The notes under the pieces were generated by a model, which had not been told where the DNA came from, ran no database searches, and saw only the letters and a list, made by a program, of their open reading frames with translations. Made by a program: the position numbers and the translations under genes. DNA of 64,000 bases from the NCBI RefSeq assembly GCF_000181795.1, contig NW_003526944.1, positions 3,578,706-3,642,705 on the forward strand, in the 5' to 3' direction. Each line of letters opens with the position of its first letter. Within the stretch, counting starts at the first letter, position 1. The DNA is from Trichinella spiralis (taxonomy: Eukaryota). Below, in pieces: positions 28,901-42,400 of the stretch.

Positions 28901-29105
28901 AATTTGCTATAAATTCCTATAGTGAAAAATCAATAAATTTCCATATCAAAAAAGCTACAGTTTAAAAAGGCTGTAAAACCTCAGCATCTCTTTCAGCAGA
29001 GTAGTAAAGGTAAAGAACATTAACGTAAAATAAGCAAGTAATTAAAATGCCAAATGCAACATGACAAGACCATCGCTTCCAACCGAAAGACGGTATAATG
29101 CGCAT
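25974..29105 (-). CDS. sqv-6: Peptide O-xylosyltransferase (GT14; XYLT/oxt/sqv-6 type) with N-terminal TM and WSC domain
   Basis: TM segment (VAFGILITCLFYVNVLYLYY); WSC motif LGCYADS...CVDYC...GVEFGEECFCG...CGG; catalytic motifs [53 protein letters not shown]; Xylo_C LGNEYDVKE. Confidence 0.93.
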
Positions 29106-30234
29106 CGAATTTTGCTTTTCACGTTTCTCTCAGCAATAAAAAATTCAGCAGTGAATAATGTTTATATATTCAATTATTGGCAAGCCATCGGATAAGCGAT
29201 ATGCTTTCAATATTAGCGGTAAGAATACTGTCAATTTATTGTACGATACCAAAGTATTAATTCATACGGTATGCAATTTACTGACTATTGTAATTTGCAG
29301 TACAGTTCAAATCATTTGTATTATAGAGATTTTATTTATTATTATCAATTAGTATTATTTTAAATTAAAATTTTCACAATGTGCAGGTACAAAAAAATTA
29401 TGCAAATAAAAAGGAAAAGCAGGTAAATGTAAATTATTATATGGTAATAATATTATTGATTTATTTTGATTGTTGGGTAATTTGTTTTTTATCTGTACAA
29501 AGCAAATTATTCATGTAAATATATAAGAAATCAATTACTTTTAGGTGCAGCCATTTTTATGTAAAGTTTTTTTCTCAGTAATAAAATAATATTCAATTGA
29601 AAATATTCGTACAATTGCACCAGATGTAGAGTTATTCAGTTTTTTCTTTATAAAAGTGCATATTACTTAAAATATATTACATTTATAAATGAATAAAAAT
29701 GATTGTACTTTTTTTCTATTTTTGAATGATAAATACTGTGGTTTCAAAATACAGAAATTTTTATTATTACTTGAAGATCACATATACTTTCAATTAAGCA
29801 GCGATGTTTCAAGTGCAGTGTTGCTTTATGCCGGTGATCGTTTTAAAATGTTCCAACTCCTGGTACTTTCAGTTGGTTTAATTTGATCGCGAAGCAGATT
29901 TATTTTTTTTGTTCTGTTTGCTTTCAGAGCTGTTACGTTTGTTCGATGAGCATCACTTGATTTGTTCGAGTGAATTTCTGTTCAATTCGGGTGTTTTTTT
30001 CCAATGAAACTTAACGTTCACTTTCACCGATTTACAAGAAATTATTAGCGTTCAAAGCGACTTTGCGGTACTGAATATTCTGCAGATTTGTGGATCTGAG
30101 ATTGAAAAATAGTCGGACGTTTCCACCAATTGACTTCAAATTTAGGTTCCCTTTTTTTGTAATGCTGTTTCAAGCGTTTGAAATATTCATTTCGATGGGC
30201 AATTAAGTTCCATGTTCTTTTCGACTTGCCAACG

Positions 30235-31329
30235 ATGAACAGCAACGAAAACACGCCTCTGTCGCCTCCTGGCAATTTGGATTTTACCGCTTTGCTGGAA
30301 AAAGCCGCCAAAGAGTGCAAAGACCGCAATGCTCGTCAGTATTACCGTCGCCAGTTGAAGCTTTTGCAAAATTTCCAAAAAGATCGAGCCCACGTCAACT
30401 CGTTGCAGAACAACCAAGTCGATTCGTCGGAAACGTTGAAATCGTCCAGCACAGTGGCGTCTATGCGTTTGGCTAAGGTGACGTTGTTTTTCAATTTGGT
30501 TTTGTTGGTGGTGAAATTGGTTGCGGCCGTGCTTTCGGGCTCGTTTTCCGTTGTGAGCAGTGTGGTCGATTCGGCCGTCGACATCACCTCTGGCTTGATA
30601 ATCTGGCTTACTAGCAGAGCGATCAAGAGGCGGGATTTGAGCGTCTACCCGCGCGGCCGCACCCGTCTGGAACCGCTGGCTTTGATATTGATTTCATTCA
30701 TCATGGGCTCGGCCAGTATCCAAGTGATCGGCAAGTCGGTCGAGGCAATCATCTCGCGCAACATCAAGCCCGACGTGCAGATCAACACCATCGCCATCAT
30801 GGTTGCTACCGTCGTGGTGAAAGCGGTGCTGTGGATCTTGTGCGACTGCTTCAAGGATGCGAACTCGAAGGTGCTGGCCCAAGACCATCGCAACGATTGC
30901 ATAAGCAATTCGTCGGCAATTCTGTTCGCCTTTCTCGGTGATCGCTACTGGGTCTATTTGGACCCAATTGGTGCAATATTGGTGAGCTTGTATTTGCTGG
31001 CCACTTGGATCGCCACCGGCTACAAGCAGGTGTCGATAATATCCGGCAAAGCGGCCAGTCCGTGGATTGTCAGTCGAATTACAAAAATTTGCCTCGACCA
31101 CGACGAACGATGCAAGCACATCGACACGGTGCTTGTTTACCACTTTGGTGTGCGCTATTTGGTCGAGGTGCATATCGTTTTGGACGAGAACATCACGCTC
31201 AAAGAGGCGCATGACATCAGCGAACCGTTGCAACGAAAAATCGAACACTTACCCTACGTGGAAAGGGCTTTCGTCCATGTCGACTACGAGTTCGACCACA
31301 GACCCGAAGATGAGCATAAAATAGTGTAG
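30235..31329 (+). CDS. Cation diffusion facilitator, Mn-CDF/MTP8-11 type, single exon
   Basis: TM2 DSAVD, YPRGRTRLEP, TM5 AQDHRND, C-terminal LKEAHDISEPLQRKIEHLPYVERAFVHVDYE. The DxxxD/DHxxD pair is the Mn-CDF signature. Confidence 0.92.
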   Translation: MNSNENTPLSPPGNLDFTALLEKAAKECKDRNARQYYRRQLKLLQNFQKDRAHVNSLQNNQVDSSETLKSSSTVASMRLAKVTLFFNLVLLVVKLVAAVLSGSFSVVSSVVDSAVDITSGLIIWLTSRAIKRRDLSVYPRGRTRLEPLALILISFIMGSASIQVIGKSVEAIISRNIKPDVQINTIAIMVATVVVKAVLWILCDCFKDANSKVLAQDHRNDCISNSSAILFAFLGDRYWVYLDPIGAILVSLYLLATWIATGYKQVSIISGKAASPWIVSRITKICLDHDERCKHIDTVLVYHFGVRYLVEVHIVLDENITLKEAHDISEPLQRKIEHLPYVERAFVHVDYEFDHRPEDEHKIV

Positions 31330-31669
31330 CTTATCCACGAATTCGGCATTGGTTCCTCCCTCCTCTGTTTTTTCACTTTTCCTTCTATCCCCTTCCCATT
31401 ATGCTCTACCTTCTTTTAGTACTTTTACAATGTGGTACCGTTGTTAGGGTTGTATTTCTTTTTTCTATTTCTTCTGTAATCAATAAATTTTCATTTTATT
31501 CATTTCATCTCAGTACAAATGTACGAGCGAAAATTGCCAACTTTAAACTGGGCAGTATTTTACAGTCTAAACAATTTATTATTACTTTAAACAACTTTAC
31601 ACTTTGCATTTGCGTTTTCGTTTCACTTCATCACGTGCAGTTTATTTGTGGTCTGTTCGGCTTGGAGAG

Positions 31670-33019
<1,350 letters not shown>

Positions 33020-33513
33020 GCGGTTTCACTTTCTGGTTTTAATATAAACATTTTTATCTTTACATACTGGTTACTACTCGACATACTCATCATTTACCAA
33101 AATTTTTAATTTTATTTCTTTCATTAATGATAATTTTATAGAATTATACCTTATCAATATGTAATCGTAAAAACACTTGTTTCCTTGCTATTTGCATGTA
33201 TTTGTGACGTTTTCAGTAGAAAAATTTTTTGATAAGTTCAGAAATGTACTGTACTAACAATATTTTCAAAATTATATAAAATAAATCTTGTAAAAATTTT
33301 TAATTTGGAATTGTAGTTATAATTAAAAATAAATTTATAATTTATATTCAATTGTGTTTAAAACCTTTTTCATTTCAAAATTACTTATTTATTGTTCTAT
33401 ACTGTAAGTCTAAATACATTCAAGTTTATATGCTCTTTGTTTTTATTACTGTAGTGTTATCATTGTGAAATTTTCTGCGGTCAGTAAACACGTTTCAACA
33501 TTGTTCTTTTGAA

Positions 33514-35119
33514 ATGAGCAACCAACCTCCATATTATAATTCATATTACGTACCAGGCCAAGCACCACCTGCGCCTGGTTGGCATGCACCACCACCATCT
33601 CAACAAGGCTGGCAACAGCCTCCTCCAACTGGTAAACATGGTTGGATTTGTTTTCTTTTTTGATGGTACTTTTTGTTCAAATAAATATCTAACTCAGGCG
33701 GTCAGTATGGTTACAGTCAAGGAGGATATCCTCCATATCCACCATATCCGCAGACTGAAAATGCTGGCGTGTATTCATCTCACCCCGCCGCTGAGAATCA
33801 CGGCGAAGATCCGAAGTTTGGTTTTGGCTTTTCCGATAAATCTATACGACAAGGATTCATAAGAAAAGTAATAATGCCGCGTTCATGGGAAAATTTTCCC
33901 TTTTTTCAAGTAATACAATTTTAGGTATTTTTGATTTTAACGGCGCAGTTGATGGTTGTTACAGCAATGGTAGCGATGTTTACATACAAGTGTGTTTGCA
34001 GCTATTTGAACAGCTAATTTTCCTTTTAATTTTGATGTTAACTCTCTAGTGATGGAGTCAAAGGCTTTGTACGACGAAATTTGTGGACTCATTGGCTTGC
34101 ATTGTAAGCACTGAGAATAGCTTGTAAAGTTGATTTATTGTTGAAATGTTTGCGCGATAATTTCGTTGACTCTGTTATTATTATTTGATCAATGCTGTGC
34201 TATTTGTTTGTTTGTTTGTTTATTTTTCAGTTAATTTTTATTTGTTTTTTAGGGTTACGTTTTTAGTGACTTACATTGTTATCGGTTGTTGTAACAATGT
34301 CCGTCGTCGTTACCCTGGAAACATAATTTGCTTAGCAGTTCTTGTATGAGTGATATTTTTCATTCAACTATTACCAAAATTTCATTGTTTTCTTGATATT
34401 TAGACACTCGCACTGGGATACATTACTGGAACCACCGCTTCGTTCTACGATTCACAAACCGTCATCTTGGCAATTCTTATATGTTGTCTATGTTGTGGAG
34501 CAGTTGTCATTTTTTCCATGCAAACTAAAGTATCGATTGGAAATTTTTCTTTCACTTGTTTAAATTTAACTTCATATAATTTTTCAGTATGACTTTACCG
34601 CATGCTTGGGTGTGGTGTTCATGCTTTCCATGGGCCTGTTCTTGTTCGGTATATTGGCGACTATTTTCACGTTGGCATTCCGAGCACCGGTTTGATTTAT
34701 TGTTTGCTTATTAATTTCAAAAATTCACATTCTTCCATAAAATTAATTTTTCTTTCAGATTGTGCACGTCGTTTATGCTGGCTTTGCGGCAGTAATTTTT
34801 CTCATCGTGAGTTGATTCATCAAATTACAATTTTGCAACTGGGGCAGTTTTGTTTTTAATTGCTTCGCTTAATTTTTCAGTATCTGGCAATTGACGTGCA
34901 GATGGTGGTTGGCGGCAAACGATTTGAAATTTCACCCGAAGATTACGTCTTTGCAGCAGTTCAACTGTTGGTCGATATTGTGTACATCTTTTTGTATTTG
35001 CTCGAAATTATTGGATATTCTAAAAAGTAAGTTGAAATTTTTATTATTGATTGTTTAGTTTAAGAAAAAGATTATCAGTGTTAATTGATTAATTAATTAA
35101 TTGTTTTTTTTGTAGCTGA
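33514..35119 (+). CDS. Lifeguard/TMBIM paralog B with Pro/Gly/Tyr-rich N-terminus (GRINA/LFG-like), multi-exon
   Basis: MSNQPPYYNSYYVPGQAPPAPGW..., FSDKSIRQGFIRK|VFLILTAQL, VRRRYPGNIICL, YLAIDVQMVVGGKRFEISPEDYVFAAVQLLVDIV. The stop is at 35117-35119 if the last intron is spliced, otherwise at ~35030. Confidence 0.9.
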
Positions 35120-36469
35120 TCAATCAATAAGAAAAAGAAGTATTCAGAAACAGAAGTGAAAATCTCTTTCAACTATTATCACTTGGCTTCATACTAATTT
35201 TCATAAATAGCATTGCAGCGTTTTATATTTTACAAATCGTTCATATTCACCATCTGGTCTCCGTCGTTTGCATTAAATTGGTCAGTTTGGCCTGATTTCC
35301 AGTCAGCTTTTGTGCTTCATCATTTTGTGTTGTGTAGTAAATTTTGCATTTATGAATATTTTTAATTGTTTTTGTTTTTTTTAACTTTACATCATTTTGA
35401 AGCCGAACAATTTAGGTTATTCTCGTATGTATGTGAAGAAAAAAGTAAAAATGTTTGCAATGATGAAAATTTGAACTGCGTTGAAAGTGCATCGCGTTAG
35501 CGCTTATATAAAAATACAACTGGGGCAAGCAGGTTTCGTTGACGAGTTGTGAGCATGTTAATGACAATATGGTGGGTGCGTCGAGCTGTTTGTTGTTTGT
35601 CGAATGACTCACAGAACAATTGAAACTGGATTGTGGAGTGAAATTTATTTAAATTATTTAAAAAATAATTTGCAATTGCATTTTTGTTTGAGATATACCG
35701 TAATTTAAAGAATTTCAAGATCCAATTCACCGCACGAATGAGGACAGTTGGACCGTTTCGATAACAGTTGATAATTGAAATTTAGAATATTTGTATACAG
35801 TTTTTGTTGTTGTTTTTTATTCAAAAAAAGATATTTTGATCAACTGCTTTCGAGATAGGTGCTACTGATAATATATATGCATAAGCAAGCTAAGCTAGTC
35901 GGCTAGCTGGTTGCTGGATGATTTGCAGTTGGAGAAGAATGAAAATTGACAAAACCGGTATAGTTTGTCAATTTGACAATTCAACTGCGACTGCGTTGTG
36001 TGTGTGTGTGTATGTTGAGTGCTAGGGAAAAAGAAACTTCATTGAGGATGGAAAGATTGTTTGCTAATGTTTTTTTATTGGCTTTAATTGAAATCAAGAA
36101 GCTTATGATGGTAGATTTGAAGAGCAAAATTAAAAACCACACACACACACATCTCGGCTTGTTGTAGCCGGCAACGTGTCGTCGTGGGAAGATGATGGAT
36201 GCCTGCCGGTGGTGTCAACAAACGTCCGTGACTACACTGTTGGACCGGTTTGACGGACTGAACGTTGCTGCACTGGCAGACGCGCAGCACGCCGGCCACT
36301 GTCACTGACATCAATATACGTACAGTCAGCGGTGGCTAGCTGCCTATTCGTTCGGGATATTGAAATTATTGTTATTTTTTTTATGCTTGTTCAGCCGGTC
36401 TGAGAAGCGATTCAATCCTAGAAAGCCGTTTGCATGGCTGCACTAGCCGTCCGGTGATCGGCCGTCGAG

Positions 36470-39400
36470 ATGGTGTCGCCGGAATTGAACGCTGCAAACT
36501 TGGGACGCGTCGTTGGTTCTACTGTCGTCACCGTCGCACTGTCGCCCAGACTAACCTGCTTGTCAATAAGTGTTTTTTTGGCGCTTTTCGGCTACGGTGC
36601 CTTGTTTTGCCCTTCGGCTGAACAGTGGACCCGTGCCAGTATTCTACTCCAACAGTACTGTTCCGATGACTGCAATCGTACGTTGATGGTAATAATTTAT
36701 TTATTTATTTATTATTTATTTGCTTTTGATTTTGATGTGAAAAATGGGAAAAAAAACAAACATATTTGACCCGACCGATTGGTGGAATTGAATTGAATTG
36801 AATTGAATTGGATTGCACAAACTGCTCTCCGCTTGAGCGATGGCCAAAGCCGACCTTTTTGCACAATTGCCCATAGTTGGAACATTTATCATTATCATCA
36901 TCATCATCATCACGATTTAATTGAATTGTTGTCTGTTCATTTAAACATCACCGCCGTCGTTCAGCAGGAAATTGCATGCAAAATGCACGAAATTGAATAA
37001 TTGCAATGTTACCGTTACCAAATTTATTCCTCCACTTCAGCATGCAAATTTTTACAAACAACTCTCGTTGGCTATTGTTTGCAATCTGGTTCCACCAACT
37101 TGTCATCGATTATCGTTTGTCAATCAATCCGAAGGGAATTTTCTTTTTTGTTTTTTTTCCTGTACCAAAGCATGAATGCAATTTTTTTTTGAAACAACAA
37201 ACTTATCGTCATCCACATTTGAAATTGATTGTTTTTATTTTTGTTTTTTATCTATAATTTCAAATTTATTATTTTAATCGTAAAATGGACAAATTTGTTT
37301 TGTGACAGTTTTCCAAAAATGGACCAGCCATTCCACTCTTTTCAATGTCCTTGTCCCGAATGTGCCTGCCTACTTTTCCATAATTGACTTGCAATTGATT
37401 ATCAGATGCAAATCTTCGTTTTTTGATGATTCATATTCATTTTGCTGATAAATTTCCATTTTTTTTCCTCATAAACTCAGCAACACTGTTTGTTTGTTTG
37501 TTGATCCATTGTTTTGTTTAGGTACTTCCTGGCGTCTACCACACTTCCGGTGATGATTACGAAAAGAAGAAGAACACTTTTGAAGACTTAACAAACGAGG
37601 TTTCAATAAATAAATAAATAAATGTTTTTTTGCATACTTTTCAATCAATATTATAATCTTTACCCTATTTTTTAACCTGTTTTTTTAGTGTAAATTTGGC
37701 TGCACTTATTGGAATCCAGAGCGAAAAAAATCATGCTTGATTTCATGCGAAGTAAATTGACAACTTTTGAAAATTATCATACTTGATTTGCTATTTTTGT
37801 AATAATTTTTATTATGAAAAATCAATTTAATAATTTCCATTCAAGGGTTCGGCTCCGTATTGCAGAGGTTGTTTGAATGGGGAACAACGTTGGCAATCTT
37901 GCGTTCAACAGTCGGTCGGTTCGATTCGCCTCGAAACAGCCCATTTGCCCAGTCACGAAGGGGTCCAGGTCCAGTGGTTGGACAGGATCGCTTTGGATAC
38001 GGTCTATGAAATTGTTTGGCGTTTGCAAATTCGTCCGTCGGGTACGTATCCGAATTTGCCTGTTCACTGGTCTGACGTCGATACCGATATCCAACGTTTG
38101 AGTGGCAACGTTCGAATCGCGTTCATCAGTTATGCAAAATTGCGATCATTCGTCGACTATCAAGTATAGCAATATTGTTAGTTAGTTAGTTTGTTTGTTT
38201 GTTTTATTTCTGCATTTGAAGCTTCGTCTAGTGGCAATGCATCACGACAGACTTCTCGCTCGAACTGTTCCGGTTCAACTGTCGCACGTATCCAAATCAG
38301 GTGATGGATCAGGCAAAAATTGGTTAAAAAAAGCAAATTATAATTATTTTTTTATATTTTTCAGATTTATCATCCGCTCTGCTCAACTTGCACCTAGTGA
38401 CCGTCAAAGAGACTCAAGCTTACGTGTCGTGGAATCCAAGTCTGGTCGAGCAGGTTCCAGAATTGAAGTTCCAAGTTGAACTTCGAACTCGCGCCACAAA
38501 TGAACTTCTAATTTATGAGGTTGAGAAAGAATAAAAAAATTTTTTAATCTGAATATTTTTTTAAATATGTCATTTTCAGACTGTGAACTTCAGCTATTAC
38601 ATGTTTTCCAACTTGATACCAGGACATGCTTATGAATGTACAGTTCGCGGTGCTGTTTCGGAAAAGACGAATTCAGCAGTTGGTCTGAGTGGAAGTGTCG
38701 TTTTTGAAACGCATTCACTTGTCGGTATCTGCTCATTAATGACCTCTAATATTTTCTATAAAAATTATCTTTAAAATTCCCCATTTTACACCAGATACTT
38801 TATCGTCGGATCTGATGAAACCTATGCTGCTTTATGCCAGTCAGTCGACGGTCAGCATGATTAAGAATGTTGACGACTTTTTGCTCAAGACAAATCCAAC
38901 ACCTATATTCGAAGATAAAGCGTTCCAAGTAGCCGGTAAAGAATTTATATTACTTCTTTTTTCCTACCATTGAGCACCAGTTGTTGTTGCTTGTTTGTTG
39001 CTCTTAGCCTTGGCATACGGTGAAGGCGATGTTTTCATCGCGTCGCGTGATGGTCAAATAGTTAAATTTTCAATTGCTGACAATTCTTCCATTCAGCGGG
39101 CAGTTTTGCTTTTCTCACTTTTGACGCACATCCAAGCTATCGGCTATGATTTTGCCAAGCAGCAGATTTTTGTCCTGTCCAACACTCAGGTGTGGACAAT
39201 CGACAGCAAGTTTTTGTTCTATTATATTAAATCATATTTTTTTAGATTATTCTGTGCAAATTAAATTCGAAACGTTGTCAGATTGTTCTGCGAACAGCTG
39301 AAATTATGGACAACATTGTTGTTGATTCAATAAACGGGTTGGTCGATTGAAAATCATTCTTATCGTCATGCATTTCTGATATGGTACGTTGTATTTTGAT

Positions 39401-42400
39401 TTTCAGGTACTTATACGGCAATTCTGGTTGGAAACTATTTCGAGCTCCGCTTGCAAACGTCGAGGCATTGGCTGAAATTGACATCCCGAGCGGAATGAGG
39501 CAAAGCTTTGACGATAAGTTGAAGCTGTCCATCGATCACCCTGCCCAGTTGTTGGTGATTCAAGTCAACGGATCCGTCATGGCGTACAGTTTGACGTCGG
39601 GTCGTCTGGAAAATATCCGCTTGAACAAACTGCACCCGGATTCAAGGCGTTCTTATGATTCGTTTGTCAAATTTCAATCTTGGCAGAAGAGGCTGTTTTG
39701 GATTTCTTCACCCTGTGTGGACGCGTTGAATCCTGCGGACGGAAGTTGCATCTATTCCGAGGAGAACAATCCAAACAACGGTTTACTCAACATTCACAAC
39801 TACCTGTTGCCTGTAAATCACGGCAAGCTGGTCGATCTCGTGCTTCTTGCACCCATGATGCGTTATTCTCGTAAACAATATTCTTTCTTCATGTACACCC
39901 CCACACACATACACACATATTATATATATCTGCATGGGGTTATTTATTTTTCAATTTTTAGTCTTACCAGCTCCGAGTAATTTGTCAGCTTTTTTCACGT
40001 CCAATTCAGTGAGAATGATTTGGAATATTGGCAAACCGTTTCCTTTTCAAGGTATTCATTTCAGATGATGATGATCAATTGTTAGAGTAGATCGATCGAT
40101 TATACTGTATATACATATATATTTGTTTCAGCTCAACTCGAATGGCGCGAATTCAATTTCGAAATTGAAATCACTGACAATGATCAAATGGTCTACAGAC
40201 AAGCTGGTATTGATCAATTGTCGTTTGTGTACAGTGGATTGAGCTCTGGTCGTCGGTACTTGTTACGTGTGCGGGCTTGTCTCAGCGTTGGGCACTGTTC
40301 GAATTGGGCGGAACTTTCCGGAACCACGTACAGCAGCTCTTGGCCGGAGGACAGTGACCAGCAGTTTTCGTTGTTTAGCCAAGATCAAACTGTGCTACAC
40401 TTCGATCTCGCGGGAAATGTTCGAAATAGCCTGCAAGCATCTGAACAACCAATCCAATGTAAAGCCTTGTTTGATTTTTGCTTATGAAATTATACCGTTG
40501 TTCAAGTTCGATTGTGTTCAGTTATTACCATGGCCGATGGAGCCGGTGAAATTTTCACAGTCGGTGATTCGTTGGTCAAACGCTTGCCACAGAACGAACC
40601 GGTGACTCGACTTCAATCTGCGGAACCAATTTCAGCAATCGCATACGAACCATTTGGCCAGGAGATGTATTGGACAAGCAAAAGTGGCGTAAGAAGAAAT
40701 TCAATTCTGTTCACTTCAGTTTAATTCCACTAAACTGTTCTGTTGTCTGTTGTTGTTGTTAGATTTTTCGTCAATCGTTAAAAGAACCAAATTTATTGAA
40801 AATATCTTCCGATGGTCTGATCCAATGGTTCCACTTGATGCCGAAGCACGGGCTTGTTGTGCTGGGTTCATGTGACCACGTTTACACTCTGTATCTCACG
40901 GGAATGTTCCACCGGAGGTAGATGGCAGCAATGAATTAATTGCACAAAATCGAGCAAAGTTGATTTTATTTTCATTTAGATATTTTTCATGCGATAATGT
41001 TGACTGTCAAATTCTCGGCGTTTCCGTATCAGAGGATGCAGATTCGGCGGTGGTATATTATTTGGTCGAACAAGGCGATAGTGTTGTCTTGAATTCTGTG
41101 GATGTGAAAAATGAAAAAATTAACACTTTGGCCAAAGCTGATGCATTCAAATCAAGGTTTGAAATTAATTATTCAAATGTGTGGTTCGTTTTGTTTTTAA
41201 TTATTCAAGCTTCAGGCGAAATATCTGGACTGCAATTAAAGTTTTCTACGTTGTCAACAATAACAAATTGGTCATTTTAAGTCGAAACGGTCAACTGATG
41301 CTTATGGAATCAGACTTGCAAAGCGTGTCTGTTTATCCATTCGAACATGTCGTTCACATCACTCGTCTGTTGAACAGTATGAGGCTTTTCATTTTTGACA
41401 TTTGACAATATGCTTTAATCTGAATGTGTGTGTGTGTGTGTCCATGCACAGGCTGGCCGTATAATATTACCTGGTCACCGCCTTGTTGCTTGACGGTCGA
41501 CTTGAAATTGGGAGATCCAAATGAACCGAGGCCGTTTCTGCAGTGGAACGATACCAGCAGTGACAATTTGCCGTCAGACGTTCCATTTGTCAAATATTAC
41601 AATTTGTCGATGTTAGCAGGAGAGAAAGTAAATGGTTTTTTCTATTTTAAATTTGGTTTTTTTTTAAAAATATTTAATTCAGAATAATGAAAAGCTTGTT
41701 TCGGCAACGATCACAAAAGACAATGAAATTCCAATTGGAGCTGATATTTTGGAGAAAAAGGATTTCAACGTGCAGTTGATGGAAATTGCACTCTGGCGTC
41801 GTGCGCATGTCAGCAAAGCTTTCACCGCGCCGGATATGTTCCCATTGCCACCGGCTCAGACTGCGCTGAACGTTGTTCATATTAAAAGTCCGTTCAACAT
41901 CACCGCGGATGTGATCTTCTCTTGGACGCCAGTTGTTTGGAATGGAAAACCGAAATTTTACAAAATTTACTGTTGGCGATTCGATGGTGACTCGACAAAC
42001 CGAACTTATCTCGTCAAAGGCAGAGAAATTGACTGGCGATCTACTCGATATGACATTTCGAGAATTTCTCAAAATTGGACCATATATTGTTCGGTAAGAA
42101 TTATTATTAAGCTACATTTGCAAGCTGTTGTTGTCTTTGTGAAATGTTATACTAAATTCTTTGATTTCCTAGGTTTCGGCTGTCAACGCTAACAAAGGTG
42201 AAAGCAAGCGAACTGTCCCGATAAGTGTGGTCACTTCAGGTATTTTTGCTTTTTTCTCTTTTGTTGGAATACATATTAATTATTTCTTTGATTGTTTAGA
42301 AAATTCTCCGCCTTCTATTATTTTGATTGTAACTTCAAGTGGACTGTACCAGTACCATGTAGATTTTGAGCGCGTTTTGGATTCGACCATATCAGGGCCA

